Shown: positions 1 to 9,624 of the stretch, piece by piece | How positions within the stretch are numbered: position 1 is the stretch's first letter | Layout of the letters: every line of letters begins with the position of its first letter | NCBI RefSeq assembly: GCF_963853765.1 | Contig: NC_088854.1 | Coordinates: 45,942,001 to 46,006,000, forward strand | From: Magallana gigas | Taxonomy: Eukaryota | DNA: 64,000 bases | Reading direction: 5' to 3' | Made by a program: the position numbers and the translations under genes | The notes under the pieces: model-generated | The model's input: only the letters and a program-made list of their open reading frames with translations | Told to the model about the DNA's origin: nothing | Database searches by the model: none

Positions 1-1549
1 CTTTCATGTACAAGTTATTCACATCATCTTATATATTTAGTTTTACAGTGCATACACATCATATATTCACTTCATTTGAGATTTAGAATATAAGTATAAT
101 ATAGACACAGTCACATAACGAAGATAAAAAAGCACATGTACAGACAAGTGTATACACCGACAGACAGACGTATATATGCACAAACAATCTCGAAAACTTG
201 CTTTCAGAAATTAACATAGAATTATAATAAAACAAAATATTCGGAAATGTATTTATTGGCCAATAAATCTCTCATCGACCGTAGAAACTAAAATATACAT
301 ATAAAGACAAATGAATTCAAAGCACAAATCACACACCAACGCTAGATCAATCACAACGACAACTGATTACCCTTATGGCACGTCATACTATTACTTATTA
401 GGTTAGTTACTGACTCACTACGCCTCGCTTTCGATAAGTTTGGCAAGTATCTAGTACATTTCGGAAAGATGTGTTTATTATGCAGCGTACAGATGTAGTC
501 AGACGATAGGAATAAGTAATTTTAACATTCTACAACCTATATATCGTCAGAAATCGTTGGAGAAACGGAAGAACTTGTTTAAAACATAGCTTGAAATGAG
601 GACCCCCTATAAATCCAAAATGGCGAGTGTCGTCCCTTTACTTTTTTTAATGTACATTGAATACACTTTTTTAACATGATTGAAACGGGGGGTTTCGGTG
701 AATTTATTTATTGCAATACACAAAAATACACATAAGATTACCAATTTTAATCAATTTTTTCTTCGGGAACAAATAATTAGGATATTCACTATCCAACAAC
801 CAAGCCCCTGTGATTAAAGTATTCTCGTGCAAAATGTGACATAAAGTAAGCATTAAAGATTTTAATTGACTGATAACTGCAATGCGATAAGAATCTGTAA
901 TAAACAAAATACAAATGAAAATGACAGGTATTGGTTTCCATAGAAAAATAATTCAATAAACCTTTCACATAGAATTAAGTAATGCAACATATCTTAAATA
1001 TATTCTATAAATAAATTCATTAATTGAATAGAAAATAATGAGTTAAAACCGTAATCAATTGACTTTATTAAACTGACTACGTAATTATCAAGTTCAAAAT
1101 GTAATGTTTGTCGACGAAATGGCGCACCATACTTGAAGCACATGGTAAACTAAAATCCATCGGTAACAAGAATATGCAAAACTAAGCATAGTTGACAATA
1201 AAGACAGAGGTAAATTACATCACTAGAAGATTAATAATACATAATTATAACAGTCAAAACACTTACACAGTGGAATTCAAGGCTTACAAAAAACTGTAGT
1301 AATCGAGCGTTTAGAAATATGGCGCAGTACTCCACCCATAAACAAACAAGTCGTACACAAAATCTTTCGTACAAAATACATGTAGTAATCAAAATAAGAT
1401 ATGCACAAGACATAACAGAAATAAAAGTTAACGTTGTACACAAGATAAGCACACAAGATATTTATAATTTTATATTAATGAAATGGTTTGTTAGCTTGCT
1501 TCTTATATCCCAAAATGATGTTTTGATATTTTCCATTATTTTTTTTTAA

Positions 1550-4536
1550 GATTCCGTTCCGTTCCGTTAAATACCAATATCCACACGGGTAATGGTATTT
1601 TGCGGAACGGAACGGAACGGAATCATAAGAAAATTATTCAAAAGTTTCGTAACAACATTTGTTATATCATTATTCATTTCAATGTATAACAAACAAGCTA
1701 TAGGTTAGCTTTTTAAAAAGAAAGTTAAGAAAGTCAGCCAGCGGAATATTATTTTTGGTCAAACGTGAATACACAATCTATTAAAATACGGGTAATGTAG
1801 TTTTCAGAAGAATGATAATAGGCAAGTGTATTTTTAGTTTGCACGCTTATTTTCATGTCTGTATGCATATGTGCGGAGAGAAGCTTATATATTATAGCAA
1901 TGTACTTACATTGTACGATTGCAAATCTACTTATTACTTAAAATTGTAATTTGCAAGATTGCACTCTGAATTTCATGGTCCTGTCGCAAACTACTGCCGA
2001 TGCATTTTCTCTCCAATCTCACTAAGCTGATTCCGAAGACCCCGGCCCGTGAACGCAGACGATACTTATGGGCAGTCTTTCAAGATATATATCCAGTTTG
2101 ACCTAGACTCTTCGAGTTTCTCTAACAAGGACTGTCTAATTCCTTCCCAGAATTTTAATTTACGGAAGCGCAATTGAAGTTTAATCCCAACTTAATAAGT
2201 CAGCCCACTCATAAGGCTATCAAGTATTTATTTTTAAAAATGATTATAACCCTGCAAATGGATTTGATATAAACTTTGACTTGATGTAAACATTGTCTTT
2301 CGCTAGCTTGATTAACCAACTAGCTAATTCTTCCTAAAAAAATCAAATAATTCATTATATAATGAATAAATGTTGCCTTTGTAAAAATATGTTTCACATT
2401 TTAAAAAGTTTGAAAGATTCCGTTCCGTTCCGTTAAATACCAATATCCACACGGGTAATGGTATTTTGCGGAACGGAACGGAACCAGAAGAAAATTGTTC
2501 AGACGGAAGGTAAGTGATGAATATTAAACTTTTTCCTTGCGAATGTGTTCGTTATATGTTAGAATTCTACGTAATATGGGATACACATTGCGTTATAAAC
2601 TAGTAATATCATCCGTGTAAGTAATGTAGTATCATAGATGAAATAAAAGTTATAGCTGTACTCAACACAGGAGTGATATGCACATATGCAAGATGTTTGA
2701 ATTGATGAAATGATTTGTTGGTTTGCTTCATTTATCTCAAAATAACATAGAAATAAACAAACAGCTAGTAGTTGTTATGATATATCTTATATTTCAAAAT
2801 TTTTAAACGGTTCCGTTCCGTTCCGTTAAATACCAATATCCACACGGGTAATGGTATTTTGCGGAACGGAACGGAACCAGAAGTAAATTATTTATAAGTA
2901 TGGTAACAACATTTGTTACATTATCATTCATTCAAATTTATTTCAAATAAGACTATCAAGTATTTTTATCGATATTATCCCTGCGCTGCGAATGATCTTG
3001 GTATAATATGAATTCTACTTGATATAAGCATTATGTTTTTGCTAGCTTAATTAACCAACTAGTTAGTTCTGCCGTGACAATGATATGAAATTGATAAAAA
3101 AAAAAACAAAAACAGAGTTGTTGTTGTATGCAGCACACGCACACAAACGCTGAAATTAATAATCAGCAAATACACAAGATGACTGAATTGATTTGATTGA
3201 TAGACTCATTCATCTTTAAAGAATCTGATAAAAAAAATTCAAGGAACGGTGAGTAGTTGTTATGATATTTTCCATTATTTAAAATGTTTGAAAGATTCCG
3301 TTACGTTCCGTTAAATACCAATATCCACACGGGTAATGGTATTTTGCGGAACGGAACGGAACCAGAAGAAAATTGTTCAGACGGAAGGTAAGTGATGAAT
3401 ATTAAACTTTTTCCTTGCGAATGTGCTCGTTATATTTTAGAATTCTACGTAATATGGGATACACATTGCGTTATTGCTAGCTTGATGAACAAACTAGTAA
3501 TATCATCCGTGTAAGTAATGTAGTATCATAGATGAAATAAAAGTTATAGCTGTACACAACACAGGAGTGATATGCACATATGCAAGATGTTTGAATTGAT
3601 GAAATGATTTGTTGCTTTGCTTCATTTATCTCAAAAGAACATAGAAATAAACAAACAGCTAGTAGTTGTTATGATTTATTTTATATTTCAAAATTTTTAA
3701 ACGGTTCCGTTCCGTTCCGTTAAATACCAGTATCCACACGGGTAATGGTATTTTGCGGAACGGAACGGAACCAGAAGAAAATTGTTCAGACGGAAGGTAA
3801 GTGATGAATATTAAACTTTTTCCTTGCGAATGTGTTCGTTATATTTTAGAATTCTACGTTATATGGGATACACATTGCGTTATTGCTAGCTTGATGAACA
3901 AACTAGTAATATCATAATATCCGTGTAAGTAATATAGTATCATAGATGAAATAAAAGTTATAGCTGTACACAACACAGGAGTGATATGCACATATGCAAG
4001 ATGTTTGAATTGATGAAATGATTTGCTTTATTTATCTCAAAAGAACATAGAAATAAACAAACAGCTAGTAGTTGGTATGATGTTTTCCTTTATTTAAAAA
4101 GTTTGAAAGATTCCGTTCCGTTCCGTTAAATACCAATATCCACACGGGTAATGGTATTTTGCGGAACGGAACGGAACCAGAAGAAATCTATTCAGAAGAA
4201 AGATTACTTAAGTAATTTTCATCGACTTTACACACACAGATTAATTGAGTTTGGTTTAAACCTCAACTTTATATTTACAGTGTCAATCAAACATCATAAA
4301 ACAACTAGTGACTTTAGGTTTTCTCGGGAAAGAAGCGTGTATTGACTTATAGAGCAATGAGTAGCATATTTTATGTAATACACAGTTCATTAAAACAGCA
4401 AAATTTGTAAAACAATCTTCCATTTACGATAAGTTAAATTGAAATAATGACGTTTAAAAAAAATATTGTTTCCCCTTTTGGGGCCTCTTAACTGGTTCCG
4501 TTCCGTTCCGTTCCGTTCCGCAAAGTACCAATAGCC
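1550..4536. repeat. Tandem array of ~400-bp TIR-bounded (MITE-like) units joined by six near-identical ~70-bp palindromic junctions
   Basis: The core (G/A)TTCCGTTCCGTTCCGTTAAATACCAATATCC-ACAC-GGGTAATGGTATTTTGCGGAACGGAACGGAA occurs at 1550-1624, 2416-2485, 2809-2878, 3294-3363, 3703-3772 and 4109-4178. Periods measured at ACAC are 866, 393, 485, 409 and 406 bp. A closing inverted half-copy lies at 4492-4536. Interiors are homologous but diverged. Confidence 0.9.
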
Positions 4537-4584
4537 ATTTTTCTTTCTTGGTGTATTAAGGGGTTTTTTCTTCTCTCATCCAGT

Positions 4585-4746
4585 TTACTTTGTATAAAAG
4601 ACTATAGCTCGATTCATCTTTGTATATTCGACTTTCAATTTGTGGCAGACTTCATGATCATCGTGTAAGCATTTCATAAAGTTAGCACGGTCTTCATGCC
4701 TTAAATAAACTTCATTAACACCCAAGTACGTAAGTACCATGGTTAT
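4585..4746 (-). CDS. Candidate isolated exon, unknown product (ITMVLTYLGVNEVYLRHEDRANFMKCLHDDHEVCHKLKVEYTKMNRAIVFYTK*)
   Basis: Minus-strand acceptor TTTTTTGCAG at 4747-4748, then 53 open codons to TAA. A possible donor lies at 4588. No family recognised and no partner exon found. Confidence 0.25.
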   Translation of the reverse strand: MTMVLTYLGVNEVYLRHEDRANFMKCLHDDHEVCHKLKVEYTKMNRAIVFYTK

Positions 4747-5904
4747 CTGCAAAAAATGTAAGTTTTAGCTGAATACAACCAAAAAATGAAGGCAATCAAA
4801 ACAAAGACAGTAAAGTTGAATAAACTAAATGTAGAATAAAAAGAAAATAATTTGAAAATTAAAGACAAACACAATGAACCAAAGAAAGTTACATGAAAAT
4901 GGAAAAAAAATAATGAAATAAAATAAAAATATCAGACAGAAATTGTTTATCTTTTCTTTTAAAAGTAATATATGTTTACCTTTGTATGGAAAAATTCAGT
5001 CACTATGTCACTCTGTAATTTATGAAACCCTAAAACGAGACAAACAAATTAATAATATATTTTTATGAAAATAATATTGTCAATCTGCGTTCTTAATATC
5101 AATATGTATGAAAATACTATACTGAACTAAAACGATATCGACTATTTCAAGGGCAGTTAATTTGATTAAAACAAAATAAATGTGTTGACTAATCTACCTA
5201 CATTTTAAAAAAAACGTGCAAAAATGCAGAGAAAAGCTTCCATTTCATTAACCATTAATATGATTTGAAAAACCATTAATAGCATCATGTCTCTATGGAT
5301 GCCACTGATTCTTGTAGAAGTCAAGGGATCACAGAAAATACAAATGTAAAGACCTGTGCTGTGGATATACTTTTACTGTTGTTATTTTATTTCAAGAAAA
5401 TTAACAGACTTTCAGAGGTTCCTGGCAAAGCACAAAGTAAACCAAAACAGAAACACAAACACGGCTTACACACTACTGTCATCAACATCAGAGTAAATCA
5501 AGTAATTTTTACCTCGATCTGTCTCTAAACAGTCTAGGATCCAATATCCATTCACTATATTATGCATATATGGCTACCAGAGTTCTGCTTCACACACCTC
5601 ATGTACCTTCCAATTGTTACTTTTTTAGGATTAAGATGGCGTTGACTGTAATAGGTACTTTACAAAACACAAGCGCATTTCTCCTTCAGCTGGTCAATGT
5701 ATTTTGTCAAAATGTATAATCTATAAGTGAACAGGGAAAATGTACCTCACCACGCTCATATGAAATTATAAAGAAGTGGGTCTCTCCACTTATAAACTGA
5801 CGTTGTTTACCTGCTGGTGTGAACTTGCTTAACCTTTCATAATATTACTTGACTAGCTGTACCATGCGTATCACGTGACAGAGATTTTGGCAAGCGCGTT
5901 CGAC

Positions 5905-6091
5905 TAGCTGCAGGTCTGTAGCTCCCGGCCTATAAAAAATTCGGATGAACGAATTGGGAGCTACATAGCTGCAATAATGTAGCCCTCTCCGATTTTTTTA
6001 TATCTGATATTTACTGGAGAGGGCTCCCTCTCCCCCCAAAAAAACAAACAAAAATCGGGAGAGGGCTACATTATTGCAGTTAGGAGCTACA
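5905..6091. mobile_element. Nested TA-flanked palindromic MITEs
   Basis: The inner element 5968-6080 has TIRs GCTGCAATAATGTAGCCCTCTCC / GGAGAGGGCTACATTATTGCAGT with TA on both sides. The outer part (5907-5950) matches the left arm of the element at 30859-30953. Confidence 0.7.
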
Positions 6092-6942
6092 ATGCCTCCA
6101 ATTGTAAAAAAAAATAAAATAAAAACTACAAAAAGCTATATACAGACAAGCAGCTATATATTGTTCGACGTGACATTATATGCCATTTAACTTTAATTAT
6201 TTATGCGAATTTCATTATTTGTGTAAGTTTTTATTTTTGATCGCTGTTTTCTCAGTGGTGAGAATTTGGCGACAAATAAAGTCACGTGGTATGTAAACGT
6301 GTGTTATCCGACCTATTTTCAAAAAATATCGAGCAAAAATTCACAGTAACAGGGTGTGCGGAATCATTGATAATGCGTTAATCAATTCATTACCGTAAAA
6401 AACGATCCAAATATATCAACAACAATCAGAATGTGGCATATTTATTCACTCTTGATTTTCAATCATCAAAAGCATGGTAGATTTTCTATAATTCGTTGTG
6501 TAAAAGGGACAGTTTTCATGTGTTTACTCTTTAAGCTACCCTTAAAACGTTTGATAAAGTAGTAGGACCGGTTTTGCATAATGGCTGTGAAATTTTGGGT
6601 TATGAGAATATAGATATCATTGAAAAAACTCCATTTGAAATACCGGTATATGTTCTATGATTGAAAAGAAGTATGCCATCTGATATGGTTGACGGTGAAT
6701 CAGGTCGTTATCCTTTATATGTCATTGTACATATTCTCGATTAATTTCTTACTGGATAAAAATGATCCAAGGTCCATTAAGATTGTGTTTACTGTTTACA
6801 AATATCTAGCAAATCAATATATGTACATTTGTACAATAATGACTGTAAATCCATGGACCGATTTTAAACGACATATTTTAGATTCTTGTGTTTTTTCTAA
6901 TATCTGGACATAGTTTTATAATAAGATTAAAGGAAAATGCAT

Positions 6943-7072
6943 NNNNNNNNNNNNNNNNNNNNNNNNNNNNNNNNNNNNNNNNNNNNNNNNNNNNNNNNNN
7001 NNNNNNNNNNNNNNNNNNNNNNNNNNNNNNNNNNNNNNNNNNNNNNNNNNNNNNNNNNNNNNNNNNNNNNNN
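6943..7072. other. Assembly gap (130 N)
   Basis: Run of N in the sequence. Confidence 1.
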
Positions 7073-8105
7073 TGCAGCTTCCTTAAATATTTAACACCTT
7101 CATATGATGGCATAATTCTGCAACTACTTGTCGGATAATTATGTCGATTTATTAGATAATTATGCTATAACTTGTCAGATTTTGATGTCGACTTGTCACT
7201 CATTCACGTGTTTAAATCTTCAACACTAAAACCTTTTCAAGCCCAATTTGTGCCATTCAGTTGACATTAAATTTTGAAATGTTTTCTGAAAAGTCGACAT
7301 AAGGATCTGACAAGTTGATATAATCATCATTATTATGATTTACCTGGCAAAGGGATTTTAATTCAACTCCAAAAATTGTTTAATGAGGAATGAAAAAATT
7401 AAGAGGATCTTTAAAAACAAAATCCGGATAGTTAACGTCCGGGTTTTACAATTACTTACGTAGACAAACCGAAAGTAGCCTAAAGAAAAACCTGTTTAAG
7501 GTAAACATTAAAACATTCATTATCATTCATGTACATAGTCAGCGAAACAGGTAAAGCAGATGTTCATTTTGTATTAATTTAAATACTGAGTTCTATTTTT
7601 GTGTAAATCTGTTTTAACAGTGAAGTTAACCCGCATAAAAATTGTCTCTGCGTGTTAATGTTTATCATAGTGTATTTTATGTTTACCTCTGACCCCTCAG
7701 ATAAGGGTAAAAGAATAGTTCAAAACCTAGAAGGGCAGTACAAAGTTAAAACAATCAATTCATTGATTTTCTATCGTAAATTAAATCTTTGATACGGGTT
7801 ATCCTCTTTTGAGAGGCGGACATTCATAACAGATGGCTTGGTGCATGTTAAAAGCTAATTCTTACAAATCAAGCTCCGCCCCCTCAACTTTGGAGAGACA
7901 TGGAAAGCAGGGGGTGGAGCTTGATTTTTCAATTTCAACACACAACACATTTGATTTGACATTTTTTATGTATCAAGATGTGGTAGCTGATGTGAGGAGA
8001 TTATTTATGTATACTTCTAACAGATATGCAATGTTGGGAAAATAGTCTGATTAATGTCAAATAATTAACTCATATAAAACCTGTAGATTGCATGTTATAA
8101 GTATG

Positions 8106-8480
8106 TACAGAGCTACAAATCTAATGCTTGCAACACCACTGTAAATATATTGTTTATGATAAGACACTCTCTGAGTCTGACACATACCTAAACATAAATA
8201 TTTCAATATAATTGGTGTAGACTTGAAGAGTTGACAACAGATTCAGGAAATAAGAAATACACACCTATAAACTGTTAAATGAATAAATATTCTATCATAG
8301 AATATTTATTCATTTAACAGTTTATAGGTGTGTATTTCTTATTTCCTGAATCTGTTGTCAACTCTTCAAGTCTACACCAATTATATTGAAATATTTATGT
8401 TTAGGTGTGTGTCAGAGAGTGTCTTATCATAAACAATATATTTACAGTGGTGTTGCAAGCATTAGATTTGTAGCTCTGTA
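8106..8480. repeat. Near-perfect 375-bp palindrome (foldback), possibly a TA-flanked foldback MITE
   Basis: Arm 8106-8295 is the reverse complement of 8297-8480 with a 1-nt centre (C8296). One 6-bp indel and one substitution were seen. Ends read TA-CAGAG...CTCTG-TA. Confidence 0.9.
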
Positions 8481-8676
8481 GACTATGGAAGTCTGAAAAA
8501 TTATTGAAATGTTACCGGTAAATAGGAGAGTAAAAAAACATTATCTCTTGACTGACGTTATGCCTCAGTGTAAACACCAAAGTAAAGTTTACTAATGTAA
8601 AACTTTGGAGAATTTATTTTGTTTAAAATTCAACACCAAGTACTTAGTTATAGTTACTAACCACATCATTCCTATG

Positions 8677-8898
8677 TACTGTGGAATCATCAATTTTCGC
8701 GGGGGCCAATTTTCGTGGATTCTTGATATTTTATAGGTTAGTGGGGACGTAATTTCGTGTATTTTCTTATACCTACAAAACGAAATATGACTTTATAACC
8801 CTAATATATTATTCGTGGAGGATGTTAATTCGTGGATGAGAGGTACCCACGAAATCCACGAAAATTGAGCCACCACGAAATCTAATGATTCCACAGTA
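8677..8898. mobile_element. Tc1/mariner-type MITE (TA TSD)
   Basis: Termini TACTGTGGAATCAT ... ATGATTCCACAGTA with internal repeats of TTTCGTGG/CCACGAAA. Confidence 0.8.
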
Positions 8899-9624
8899 TT
8901 TGATGGATTATAGTAAGGAAACTTAGAGATGGAGTCATGTTTAAGTTTTTTAAGCATAGTGAGTCATGTCAGACAAGAGCTGAGTTAACAAAATACATGA
9001 ATGACAAGCCCTCTACCTTGCTAATAACTCAACAGCTGGTATCCAAATTTATTAACACATTTAGAAATACCTTTATAATTGGTGTAAACAACAACAATAG
9101 AAACTAAAATTTAATTTTTTTTTGCGCAAATCGTGACCAAATCCATTTGATTGATTGTTAAATGTGATAATGCTTTGCACTACCGCCTTAACCCTGTCTG
9201 TATGTAAATTACCATGTGTTACAATCATGTGCGTGTTACAATTGATGAACAGTCTAAACTAAGCAAAACTGGACATTTATTTTGCCTCATCCCTATACAG
9301 TTGTGTAAAGGATAAACTTAATGTATTATCAATTTACCTTTTTTTTTAGTGTCAGTGTAACGTATTAGTTAAAAATCTTAAACTCCGTTTGTGTATAAGC
9401 AGTTGTATATAATTTACAAAGCAGTTAGATATTGGTTTGATCTGCCAGGGAAAAAAAGAAAAGGAAATATTGCCCTTTAATTGTTGTTTACGAGAATTTC
9501 TGAACAGGGAACAGACAGTTTATTTATCCTCTTTTATACAGTGATATTTCTCATTGGACTAAACGATGATGGATGGAACAGAAAGATGGATTTGATGAAT
9601 TAGATTAAGGGAACCTACCTGGAG

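Noticed and set aside
2503-2509. Repeated 7-nt microexon (TTGTTCAG|ACGGAAG|GTAAGT) in three array units
   Set aside because: The donor is perfect, but 7 nt breaks frame, the repetition follows from unit duplication, and no host gene is evident.
1550-4536. CRISPR array or true integron
   Set aside because: Repeats are ~70 bp, the spacers are 320-790 bp and homologous to each other, no cas or intI gene is present, and the context is eukaryotic. The resemblance is architectural only.
6888-7113. ORFs spanning the N run; ATGCAT/TGCAG at the gap edges
   Set aside because: The ORFs are artefacts of N translation. The restriction-site-like edges are too short to interpret.
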